Shown piece by piece: positions 17,968 to 29,783 of a stretch of 35,345 nucleotides of DNA (the stretch's first letter is position 1; each line of letters starts with the position of its first letter). Both the position numbers and the translations under genes were made by a program. The notes below the pieces were generated by a model, which did not search any database, was not told where the DNA came from, and saw only the letters and a program-made list of their open reading frames with translations. This stretch comes from Thelocarpon superellum (Eukaryota), in contig JAPEUG010000158.1 in NCBI GenBank assembly GCA_026025795.1, positions 1 through 35,345 on the forward strand, written 5' to 3'.

Positions 17968-20484
17968 ATGTCAGAAAGGGAGCTCTGTCTGCTCTCACTC
18001 GATGGCGGCGGCGTTCGGGGGCTCTCCTCGCTGCTGATCCTCAAGCAGCTGATGGAGCGCATCGATCCCAAGTCCCCGCCGAAGCCATGTGACCACTTTG
18101 ACATGATGGCCGGCACCAGCACCGGCGGCTTGATCGCCATCATGTTAGGTCGGCTGCGCATGACCGTCGATGATTGCATCAGATCCTACTCCACCCTCGC
18201 CGAAGAGGTCTTCCAGCAGAAATATCACCGCGTCGGATGGAAGAGCAACCTACAGGGTCGCTTTGACTCCGCGCGGCTGGAGTAGGCCATCAAGGAGATT
18301 GTTCGAAGCCAAGGTCTGGATGAGGACTCTTTGCTGCTCAACGACGACGATGCTCCCTGCAAGGTGAATGTTTTATCGAGTTGTGGCCACCAGATTCCCA
18401 CTGACGTCCCGTGGACTAGCTTGGTGTGTGCCACGAGCCAGAACAGCGCCAGATGCGTGCGGTTCACGAGCTATCATTCGCCCCGCCAGCTCAGTGACTT
18501 GACTGTCGTCACCAAAATCTGGGAAGCTGGACGGTACGGGAGCCCAACTCCTTACCCTATCCTTGGGAGCTCCCCTCATGATATCCTTACCTCAGAACCT
18601 GATGCTCAGTAGCGCGACCTCCGCGGCGTCGACCTTTTTTGACCCTATCGCAACTAGACCTCACCATAAGACCTTCATCGATGGTGCTACGGGGGCCAAC
18701 AACCCCGTTCGTCAGCTATGGACGGCGGCCATGGATGCTTAGCCAGCGGCTGAGTACGGCCCCTTCAACCAGAGCATCAAGTACCTCATCTCCATTGAGA
18801 CAGGCGTACCGTTGCTCGAGCCCTTTGGGAACTCCTTGTTGGAGGTTGCCAAGGCCTTGAAGAACATGGCCGTCGAGAGCGAAGCTACGGCCGAGGCCTT
18901 CGTGCAAGAGCACGCAGACCTCGATGATGCCTCACGCTACTTTCGCCTCAATGTCGTGAGCGGGCTGGACCGGATCGGGTTGGAGGAATATAACCAGATG
19001 GCAAACATCGTGGCCGCCACAAGGCAATATGTACAATCTCACGCCGTCGTCAAGCAGATGAAGGCTTGCGCGCAGAATCTGGGCGAGCGAGAGTGTGCGT
19101 CCACCTTTGCCTGAACTTCTTTAAATTGACCAATTTCCTGCCCGTGCCCCTGTGCCTGTGTCCGAGAGTTCTCCTCTGTATCCCGCTGATTGATGGTGAA
19201 GCTCATTTCGCCGACGCCACGACCCACGCCACCGCTCTCAGCCTGCGAGGGCCGATGGTGCTCGAGCGATATGGTGAGGGTCACTTTCTCCGATCCTGAT
19301 GCCGGCCCTGGACGGATTGAAGCTGACACGCGTTGCGGCAGGCGAGAACTCCCAAAAGCTACTGGACTGGCTGTCGAGCCACGACTTCACCATGGCCCAC
19401 ATGCGCCTACGAACTCTCCGGCAAGAGGGTACTGGTGAATGGCTCCTTAATGCCATCCAGCCCTGGTTCGATGCCACTTCCTCACAATGTGCTTGGGTGT
19501 CTGGCATCCATACGTGGCACCCTCTACCATTACCTCTACCATGTCTCGTGCTGACTAACGCCTTGCACCAGCTGGGGCGGGTAAGACCGTGTTGACGTGA
19601 GTCTGCACCTACAGCCCAACAGCAGTAGAGATGAATCTAATAGGTAAAGCACCCTCGTCGTCGATGACGTCCGGAAGCGTCACGGCACCATCGGCGTGCC
19701 TGTAGCATGCTTCTACTGTGATGACGCGAATCACGACATGCTCACTGCCTCAAGCATTCTAGCCGGCCTCGTGAAACAGCTGCTAGTGCATTGCGAGCGG
19801 CTCCGAAAGCCGTGGCTGGCGGACGTGGCGGAGCAGCTGGAGATGGCGCGCCGACAGGGGCGACCGTGCTTGCATCCAGATGAACTAATGACCACTCTGC
19901 ACGCTCTTGTCTCCGCATCTCCCATGACCTATCTGCTCATGGACGGACTCGATGCGTGTGAGTCGGACAAGGCTGAAGAGCTGCTATGTTCGCTGTCTCA
20001 GCTCCTGGAAGGCCCGACTGGTCGCTCCACCGTCAAGCCGTACTTCGCCAGTAGACGAGAGCTTAAAGTGTCAGATCATCTTCGTTGCAACCGCCCTTTC
20101 GTGGACGTACGAGACGTCGAAGAGACCCTGCTACATGTGGCCGCAGCCCGAGGAAATGCAGCCATTGTAAAGCTTCTGTTGGATCGAGGCGCCAGCGTCG
20201 ACGCTAGATCCAAGGAAGAGCGAACTCCACTGCACTTAGCCGCTCGCAATAGCAATATGGGGGCCATGCAGCTACATTTTGATCGGGGTGCCGATCCGCA
20301 GGCCAGGGATATCAATGGCCGCACCGCGGATGGCCTGCCAGAGGGAACCGGCGTGCTCATGGTACGGCGGCAGCTCGAGCGAAGGATGGCCCCAGGTGGA
20401 AAGATCCGGTCAAGGCCAAGGTCATCCTTCATATTTAGTGACTCTGATGGGTCGAATGCACGAGAAAGAGTTGCGTATACTTGA
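17968..20484 (+). pseudogene. Patatin-like phospholipase - NACHT - ankyrin fungal NLR, degenerate
   Basis: Patatin motifs LSLDGGGVRG, GTSTGG, ATSAA, FIDGA. NACHT N-terminus LLDWLS...RQEGTGEWLL, spliced Walker A GIPGAGKT, degenerate Walker B LLMDGLDAC, then ankyrin repeats (TLLHVAA, TPLHLAA). In-frame TAG at 18283-18285 and 18740-18742, non-GT donors at 18366 and 19510. Confidence 0.88.
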
Positions 20485-21177
20485 TGGTTATGTTAACGTA
20501 CCCTCTGAAGCATGACGTTGATGAGTGAGATGCTCTGTTGACCTTTTGAATCTATGGTTGGGTGAAGTCAAGCATGTGCTGGTACACAGAATGAGCATGG
20601 TCAGTCCAGATTCTGGGGGGGTGCTGTTGTGCGCAAGGGTCCGCAGCTGGCCATAAGACTGCGTGACTAGCGACGTGGAGCTTCGCTAGTCACAAACCCC
20701 CGCTGACCCACGAATCTCTTTCTCTTTCCACAAGTTTTCAGTGTTGGTAGCAATTGTGACCTCAGTTAATGGACAACCTCGCTATGAACGTTACAGGTGC
20801 GCAGGCTAGTGTCCACCAGTTGTACAGTGCGTCCGGTTCCACTTGGCCTGAACTATCACAGTGGTGCGCACATGGATGGCCACCGGCTACCTAGCCGGCC
20901 AGTAGTCGTGGGGCGAGCTCTCCTCAAATCCATGTCATGAAGTCTTGGCGAAACTGTCCCACCACCACGGCAAACAGTTTTTGTTTACGAGCGACAAGGC
21001 GAATTGTAGAAGATTCGAGAACCCCAGACTCTCTCCCCGGCCGATCCTACCTTCCTTGCATTCTTCCATCTTTGATTCCCTTCCAACTATTTCATCGCAG
21101 CCAATCACGAATATAAAGCAAAGCGGCAAGAAGCGTAGCTTAGCTGTTTCGTCTGGCCCTGGTATTATTCCACGAAG

Positions 21178-22737
21178 ATGGCGGAGCAAACGAAAGGTGG
21201 GCAACGAAACATCTGCTCACCATGCATGACTCATTGATCTCACCGCTATATGACGAACAGAACGCAGTCAGGTTTTCTTTGACATTACCATAGGAGGTAA
21301 AAATGTCGGACGGATTGCATTTGAGCTGGTAAGTGTCATGTCTCCGCCGTCACTGTGGAGCTACTTTCTCCCGGGCGGCTGCTGATGAGCTCCCAGTACA
21401 ACGACAGTGAGTTGAGTGAAAAGACACATCCAATCGATCCCCAGTTGACCGCTTGCTAGTCGTACCCAAGACCGCCGAGAACTTTCGGGCGCTGTGCACG
21501 GGCGAGAAGGGCGTCGGCCAGGCCGGAAAGCCACTTCATTACAAAGGTAATTCGTCGGGCGTGACAAGCGGTGAGAGCTTAGCTCCAGAGCTGATACAGT
21601 CTCAGGCTCCACCTTCCACCGAGTGATTAAGAACTTTATGATCCAAGGAGGAGACTTTACAGCCGGTAATGGCACTGGAGGCGAGTCGATCTACGGTGAG
21701 AAGTTCGCGGATGAAAACTTCGAGGTCAAGCATGAAGTGCCCTTCCTCCTGTCCATGGCGAACGCTGGGCCGGGTATGTTCCGTCTCCCCTCTTCGTGAA
21801 TCCTCCTCTAAATCTTCCAAGGGACCAACGGCTCTCAATTCTTCGTTACTACGACCCCGACACCTCACCTCGACAACAAGCACGTCGTCTTCGGAAAGGT
21901 GCTGAACGGAAAGGGCATTGTGCGCAAGATTGAGAACCTCAAGACGCAAGACGACAAGCCCCAGCAAGAAGTGAAGATCATTGGTGCGCTTACCTGACCC
22001 CACTCTACCCCGCCGCGAGCGATCCCTCCTCAAGATACAGGCTCTAACACGCTCCAGACTGCGGGGAACTACACAGGGACGAAGCGACACAAGCCGGCCA
22101 GAGCAGCACAGACAAGACAGGCGACCCATACGAAGACTACCCAGAAGACCAAAGCAGCTCCCTTGACACTGCAGAGATTCTCAAGATCGCCACGGCACTC
22201 AAGGGATACGGCAACCAGGCATTCAAGAGCGGCGATCTAGATCTAGGACTAGAGAAGTACCAAAAAGCACTCCGTTATATCCAAGCCAACCCTGAGGATG
22301 AGGGCGACGAGGACGACGAGAATATTGATGATGAAGACGAAACCATCACCAAATCCAAACCCACCACTAAGAACGCCGACGACCGCACCACAGGACCAAG
22401 CAGCGAACTGGCCAACCTAAAATTCACCCTGCATTCGAACTCCGCCCTGCTGCAAAACAAACTCAAGGCCTATTCCGACGCGCTCGGCTCGGCGTCCAGC
22501 GCGCTCCGCGTGCACAATGGTACTCTGGGGCCCGCCGACCGCGCCAAAGCGCTCTATCGGCGCGCAGTAGCCTACGCGGGCGCCCGCGACGAAGAGAGCG
22601 CCATTGCGGATCTTGAAGAGGCGCTGGGCCTCGTGCCGGGTGACAAGGCCGTCATGACTGAGTTGGCGAGTGTGAGGAAGAAGGTGGCGGACAGGAGGAA
22701 GAAGGAAAAGGAGACGTATGGGCGCTTCTTCCAGTGA
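21178..22737 (+). CDS. CPR6: Cyclophilin-40 type peptidyl-prolyl isomerase with TPR domain (Cyp40/PPID)
   Basis: Spliced product [47 protein letters not shown]...[31 protein letters not shown]...[15 protein letters not shown]...HVVFGKV, then TPR motifs [26 protein letters not shown], ending YGRFFQ*. Includes a 10-nt microexon 21397-21406. Confidence 0.95.
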
Positions 22738-23017
22738 CTGAGTCAGGATGTGAGGTCTTTCTCTACGCTAGGTGGTGTTCGTAGTGGATAATTAATCCCA
22801 TGGATTCTCTTCAATCATCTTCATCTTCATCTTCTCCTCAGTTATTCCCGCACATATCTCTTGTCCTTTTTTCTCCGCTTATCTCTTCTTGTCCCGTCTC
22901 GTCTCGTCTGGTCGTTCATTCATGCTACCCTTCCTCCCTCCCCTTTCCCACCTTCCTTGTATGTACTGAGCTGTATTCCTCCCTCATATGCATGTATATA
23001 AGCCGCGTGAAAAGAAG

Positions 23018-26000
23018 CTAATGAACGCCCTTGCTCTTCTTGCGAAAAGACGACGGGCCGCGAAAGCCGGGAAACTTGAGTTTGGTGCTCGCCGACGTCG
23101 GCGCCGCCGTCGCGGACGCAGGAGAGGTGGTGCTCGCGGTCGTGGTTGTGATGGATGAAGCGCCAGCTGGTGGCACAGTCGTCGTGATGGCCGAAAGCGA
23201 CTTCGAGAGCTCCCGCTCGGCCTCTTCGTCCTCGTCGTCGTCCTCTCGTTCCGTGCCTCTTCCCTCACCTGCCTCGGTCTCGCTTTCCGCCGTCCGGTGC
23301 GCGTGTCTGTCCCGGTGCCAGCGCCTGCCTTCTTGATGTCGCGGCGCGTCCGAATTGGCTGAAGAGGTGGCGACCCGGGTAAGGAGCGGGCGCTGCGTGC
23401 GTTTGCGACTGCGCGGGGAGACGGGCGTTGATGACGTAGGCGTTGATGCATTGGATGGGAACGTCGTCTCCTTTTGGGGTGTGCTTGGCGTCTGCACCTC
23501 TTCAGAGGGGCGCGTCATGCTGCCAGTGATGGTCGTCGTCGTGGACATCGTCAGGGTCGTCGCTACCGAGCTTCGTCGCGGCGTACTGCTTCCCCCCAGC
23601 AAGGACTCCGATGAAAAAGATCGATGGAGGTGGGGATAGCGTAGCTCCGCCACGGCATCATCGCGTGAGAAGGAATTGAGCGCACTCATGGGGAACTGCG
23701 TGGGGAACGCAAGGCTTTCTCTCTTCGGCTTCGCCCACTCTTCCATCTGCCGTGACAGCGTCTCCCATTGCGGTATCGTTTCCAAGTCTGTCGGTACCAC
23801 GGCTTTCTCGCTACGCGCGAGTAAGTCCGAGGTGCGCTGGCGCAGCGAGAGGCATTTCTGGTGGAACGAGAGAAGAAGATGCGATTCGTTCAAGATCGTG
23901 CTTTCTTCCGAGTCCAGCATGTTGTGGTCCAGCCACAGATTGACGAGCTTGGCGAAGCTGCGCGGTGCATCGAGGAGGTAGGGTAGGGCGGGAAGCCCTT
24001 CGCGAGCGGCAGGAGGCAGTCTCGAGACGATGGCCAGAGGGGTGGCGTAGGAGGAGGAGATGGCTGAGGCGGGTGGGGGCGATGTCGAATCCGAGTCCAC
24101 GGCGCAGACAGCATCGATAAAGTCTTTGAACTCTTGTCGTCGGCTCGACAGAAAATGGTTCATGGGCTCCATCCACGCTTCCTTGACCCCAAACGTCGAC
24201 ATGTTGGCCAGTCCTTGCAGGCTCTTGGCAACCAAGGTCAATGCACGCTGCGTCTTGGGTTCGGGATGGTCTGCAAAGTTAGATGATGCATCGGGAACAG
24301 GTGGGGCATAACCTACCTGCCAGCAGTCCGAACAGCTTCGGATTCAAGACCGCAGGGCAGAAGAATCGTAAGAATAGAAATCCTGCCACACTGCTGTAGC
24401 TGACGGTGCCACGGAACTTGCCCCATCGATCCTCCGCGCACGTCCGCACGTGTCGAAGGATGACCCGGAGCTCCCGTGGACAGTGCATTGCCGAGTTCTG
24501 GATCGAGTTCCACATGCTCCGGAAGATGGCCACGAGGTTCCGCCAATTCTGTTCGACATCCGCACCTTCCTCTAATCGATTTGGGTCCACCTCGCACTCC
24601 AGCTTGCGCTGCTCAATCTCCCGCACGTTCTTGGCCAAGGTATCCTCCAGGTACACTCGACCCAACCGTCTCATGTGCAGCTCCAGCGATTTCGTGAGGA
24701 GCGTGTTTCCCCGAAACAAAAGGTTCGCCTCCACGGTGATGGAATTGCTGAAGTCGCGCATCATCTTCTCTTGGTCCTTCGGAAAGTCGGGGGATCCCGT
24801 CGAGCTCGTTCGTCGCACGTAGCGCGGACCCATCACCGACGCGGTCTGCGGGATCGCATTGATCTCGTCACGGATGAGCGCCATCAGCCAATCCATCGCA
24901 TGTCCGGAGGCTTGATAGATGTCTAACAGCAGCTGCGACAGCTGATGAAGCTTCGACGGAAGCGCCTCCGCAATCTGCACCGGCAGACTATTGGATGACG
25001 TGTGGAGGAGATGGGAGAGTGAGTCGTAGTGGCGACCGACGAGAACTGGTAGTTCTTCTGCATGGAGGCGAAGGAGAATCTCGCCAATAGTTTCGTAGGT
25101 CCGATCGAGGAGTGGGTACCACGTCACTCGATCGTCGCCTTGCTCCAGGCCGCCCAGATCAATCTCGACTTTGCCGCAGCTGAGTGACGAACCGCCATCG
25201 AGCTCCACCGGGCTGGACGTGACGGGAGACGCCTCGGTCTCGGAGAGAGAGAACATTCCCTCCAAGGTGCCAGAGCGCTGCATGCTCCGTCGGAGCGAGA
25301 TCGCCAGCCGTGGAGGCGCCCCGGGAAGATCGAGAAAGTCAAAATCCTCGCGCCAAAAGGGTTCACTGGCGTGGATCTTGATCGCCGACCGCGCGCGGAC
25401 CTCACCATCTATGACCACCTCGGCGAAGTAGCCGTCCATGTGCCCATCATAGGGCGCGCTGGTCCGTCGAACGTGCTGCTCCGGCGTCGACCGCGACCGC
25501 GAGGGCCGCAGTCTAGCTTCGACAATCCGGACTGAGAGGATCCGCTCGATGCGTAGGAAATTCTCGGTCGAGGAGGAATCACCCCAGAAGCTCCAGATGG
25601 ACGTCTCCGGACCACCCGAAGTGGGAGGGCCGTAGAGCTCGGGGGTGGTGAAGGCACGCAAGAGCACCAGCCAGGCTTCGTACAAGATCCTTGACTCCAA
25701 GGCAAGGTAGATGGGATGAGTTAGTGGCGTCGGGGCCGACATGGTCGCGTACCGTGGATACAGGACGAGACAGTGCTCTTGGTTGAGCACCGATCGATCC
25801 AGGCCTTGAACGGCACATCGTGACAGGTGTGGCAGCCGAATGACGGAGAGAACCGCGATGCTCGATTCCGTGTAGAGTTTCAGCTCTCCATTTTCCCGGA
25901 GGATACATGAGACCTTTTGCCACGGTGCGCGGACCGTATCGAGTCCTGCGGATCCCGATCGTTTTCGCGTTCGGGCCGATCCCAACCCGAGCTGGTTTCC

Positions 26001-27146
26001 ACGGTACAGAAGCATGACCTTGCCGACCTTGACGATGGCGGGATCGGTGGCGAGGGCAAAATCCGACGTGCGGCGATGGTCGCCCTGACGTCGCTCCAAT
26101 GCGAGCGTCCCGGCGACCTGAACCGTCATCCGGTTGCCCGCTCCCTTGGGCCGGAGTGGTTGCCAACATAGAAAGGCGGCAAGCCACTGATCAAAGGCAT
26201 CCGAGGTCAAGGGGCGGATGTGAAGAGTAACGTCGGCGTGGTACGATGATAGATTGAGATGGCCGGGGTGACCGTCGCGCGTGAAGGAGGGTTCAACCCG
26301 GCACCTTCGCAGGTCGGCGAGAAGCGTCTTCGACAATGTTGCGGAACCGGTAGCGCTCTGCACGAGACTGCCCGTATCCTGGTCGATCAGGCAATGAGAG
26401 GAGGTCCAATCATCCATCTCGTCCGTCTTGAGTTGGACGAGGCCCTGCATGCGACCGCAAGAGCTCTTCATCAACTCCAAGATGATGTCTGGGTTCGAGA
26501 TCTGGATGGGCGAAGGCAGCACACCCTCGATGACTTCTGTACCAGGAGAGGTGGCGTGGGAGGGGGACAGGTAACGTCGGACTTGGGAGGAATCGGAATT
26601 AGTGGGGCTCCTGGGCGGCATCCGGTACGGTTTGGGCGGCGGACAGATGAGAGACAATTCCTGCATAGCAGCCTGCCACGAGGCCGGGTCTTGGGCGAAG
26701 GAGGGATCGTTGGCGTGCATAGAGCGGACGCGAGGCCGAGTGCGACGAGAGAGCATGGGGGCAGAATCATCCCACGGCACGTCCTCCAATGTTCGATTGC
26801 GCGGCCGAGTGCGGAAACGGGCCGCGTCTTTGGGCGATGGGGACTCGTTGTCGCCCGGGGTCCAGGCATAGCGACTCCAGACCTGGTCTGTGTGTCGCAA
26901 CCGGGGTCGGGGCCGGCCCGTCGGCGGCGAGGTTGGGGCGGAATGCGCGCCCATGGCTCGGTCCGTTGTTAGGGATGGTTCGGTGGCTTTACTGTGGGGC
27001 AGGACGGAGCGGATGCTGGCATGCTTGAGGCTGATTCGAGGCGTGCTGTCACGTAGGATCCGCGGGGAGGTGGGGAACGCGTCCTTCTTTAGAAGAGGCT
27101 GCGTCGGGTTGAGGATGAGTTCTGAGCCATTGAAGGCGTGATCCAT
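23018..27146 (-). CDS. Ras GTPase-activating protein with PH-like and C2 domains (Bud2/Cla2-like)
   Basis: C2 motif PFWREDFDF, RasGAP motifs LLFRGNTLLTK, CEVDP, FLFLRFFCPAVLNPKLFGL and, after an intron at about 24317-24271, LTLVAKSLQGLAN..FGVKEAWMEPMN.F. Start codon uncertain. Confidence 0.88.
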
Positions 27147-28488
27147 CAGGTGTGATAGGTCAGGGCTGACCCGCTGCGTGCGCAGACAATTAGGGCGTCT
27201 GGAAGGACGTCATGCAGGATTAGGCACAGGCGGCCATTTTCGCGGATGCCCTGTGCCAGACCATTGAGACTATCGCACGGCGGGTGGCATCGACATGTGC
27301 TCGGACAACGGTGCCACAGCCAGTGCGCTGGCGGCGAGCAGGAGATCGAGAGGAGATCCGCGTCGCCGCGGTAGATTGAGACGTATATCGAGCGCCGGTA
27401 GGTACGGCAAGATGGAAGATCGACTTGAATACCAGAGGGACCGGCGGTGGGTCAGGACGAAGGACGACAGACGTCGGCAAGCGGATAGGCGGCAGGTCTG
27501 ACCAATTGCTTCCGTGGCTGCGCACGAAGGGGAAACGGTGACGGTCAACCTGCAGAAGCACGGGAGACGAGCAAGGAACGACAAAGGCCGAAGGACAACA
27601 GTGGGCGGTGACCGACGAACGACGAGGGATGGACGACGAACGTCGAACGATGCGCGTCGATCCTCTCTCGATCAATCCCCGCTGCATCTTTCCCTCTTCG
27701 CACTCGCTCTCACTTGCCCTAATCATCCAAGCTTGGTGTGAGCAGTGCCGCTGGCACGGCCGCCCCAGAGACCGAGAGCGTGTGCACGTCCCATCTCCCG
27801 CTCGTCCCGTTGTCCCGTTTTGCCGTTTGCCGTCTCCTGCCAGCCTATCACGCTGCGCCTGCCACGACGGGGGGTCCCACCAGGGCGACCGACAGCGGCC
27901 ACCGGACACGCAGCTAAACACAGCCAAGCCATTAGACTTTCACTCCCTTCTCCCCCACTACCTGGGGTCGCCCCCGGGACAGCCGACCTTAGCCCCCAAA
28001 TACCGACTGAAGTAGTGTCTCCGACCTGGCTGGCGGCGAGCTTTCCCGGCTGTTTTCGGACATGAATGACTACGCGTATGGCGTCGGTGTAACTACATGC
28101 CGCTGTGGGCCCCTGTAACCCCCACAGTGCTACGGAACTTGGCCCACGTTGTTTGTGCATGGGCATGCAGCGGTGCGGCAGTTGGTCCAGAACAGAATTC
28201 GCATCAGGCATGGGTCGCACTCATGGGTTGGACCGACCCTGTTTCTTGGCTTTCCACCTCCCTGGGCTGGTACGGCCAAAGGAGGTCTTGGTGGAACAAG
28301 TTGATTTATTTACATACTCGAGCTGTCACGTTGTGGGCACAGCTACCGGTGAGTACAGCTACCGACGGCTATCCACGGCTGCGGTGTATACTGCTTGCAA
28401 GGGACCAATGCAAACGAATCTGTACTCGTACTTCGTACCTCATGCCTCCAAACGACACGAGCCAGGTACGGATGTATTACGAGGGCGC

Positions 28489-29215
28489 CTAACTGCCCTG
28501 CGGCTCTTGTCGTGGTGCTGTGGAGAGCTCCAGGGTAACCTGTCAGGCCTGTCAGTCACCACGTGTGCGGTAGCGACGCCTCTTTACTCGCAACGTACCG
28601 GTCCGTCGTTGACCAACCCCACCTCCATCATGGCTTGGAACACGCCGTCCTGCACACGCTCGACCATGTAGCCCTCGCGGATCTTGGAGACCAGATGGTC
28701 ATAGAGCGCTTTGGCTTGGGGACCTGCCATGGCTCCATGGAAGTCTGGCTTCGAGCCCTTCCGGGTGGAAGCCAACAATGTGAATTGGGAGACTGACACC
28801 GAACTATGAGTGACGGCATCTTCCATACTCGTAACCATGAGCGACGGGATCTCGTCACTTACCGCAGAGAACCTCGCCATGCACATCCTGCACATTCTGC
28901 TTCCACTGTTCACGGTCTCACGTCAGACCTTTCCCAGACGTCGCGGGTCCCAGTCACACCAGAGACGCCCTTACTCGACTGCCATCTTCGCCGTCCCATA
29001 TTCTCATCTTGAGGATCTTGGCGGCCATTGCCTCGGCTTCTTTGACGGTATCACCGGGCGCAACGGCAGCAAAAACCAGAATGCCCTTGCCGATGGACGA
29101 GACCAATAGCTGGTCCACTGTGACTGAGGCAGAGAGGACGCGCTGGAGGATGGCTAGGGCACGTCAGACGTGGGGGAGGGCTCAGGCCCAAGGGAAGCGT
29201 TCATTGACCTTTCAT
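28489..29215 (-). CDS. DTD1: D-aminoacyl-tRNA deacylase, 5 exons
   Basis: Spliced product MKAILQRVLSASVTVD..LVSSIGKG...KILKMRIWD...WKQNVQD..GEVLCVSQFTL..TRKGSKPDFH.AM...GVFQAMMEVGLVNDGPVTLEL...*. Contains the SQFTL and Gly-cisPro (NDGP) signatures. Confidence 0.95.
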
Positions 29216-29783
29216 GGCGACAGCTCCTTGTCTACCGCATTATCATCTTCTACTCCACTGCTGCCCAGTGTACGCTTTGAGTTTCCGCCGCTCGCCGTCA
29301 CGTTTGGCCGCGGCAGGGAGAAGCAGGTTAACTTCGGAGGAGACTCCGCTGGCTTTCTACGACACGCGAGATCTCCAACCAGCGCCGAGCGATGCACCAA
29401 ACTGCATCGGCACGGCAGCCGAACCCCGTAGGATATGGGCTAGTTGCTGCGATGAATCCTCTCACGGGATTCACGACATACGATACCTGTACACGCTCCA
29501 GCCAACACAACTTCACTGCCGCTGATAGCACTGCCCGGCACGTCTCGTTTCGTCCCATCGGTCACAACCTGTGGGCAGCCTCTTCTCCCGAGTCTCTGTG
29601 GACCGCCTCTTCTCCTGCCTCTCATCTTTGACGTCTCTGCCATCCCTCTCTGGCGCTGCAGGTGTGGCCTCTACATCACCACCCCTCCTCTCATCCTTCA
29701 CAACTCCCGCATGTCTGGCATCGCTCAAGCCAGACCAGAACGTCCCCATCTGATCAGCACCACCCCCCTCTTACACATCCACA

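Noticed and set aside
18283..18742. Idea that the two TAG stops are repaired by sexual-stage A-to-I editing (UAG to UGG)
   Set aside because: It fits 18740, where Trp is expected, but not 18283. It cannot repair the GA donor, the Walker B change or the deletion. RIP or ordinary decay is more parsimonious; sexual-stage RNA-seq would settle it
20485..21170. Possible ncRNA or transposon ends flanking the NLR pseudogene
   Set aside because: I could not see a tRNA cloverleaf, paired C/D boxes, terminal inverted repeats or a target-site duplication by eye; a covariance-model search would be needed
22735..22795. Stop-codon readthrough giving a cryptic peroxisomal signal on CPR6
   Set aside because: The context is TGA CTG rather than TGA CTA, and the extension ends VRSG, not a PTS1
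28540..28556. Tandem CTGACAG acceptors in the last DTD1 intron
   Set aside because: The upstream CTGAC is best explained as the branch point of the downstream acceptor; use of the proximal AG gives an immediate stop
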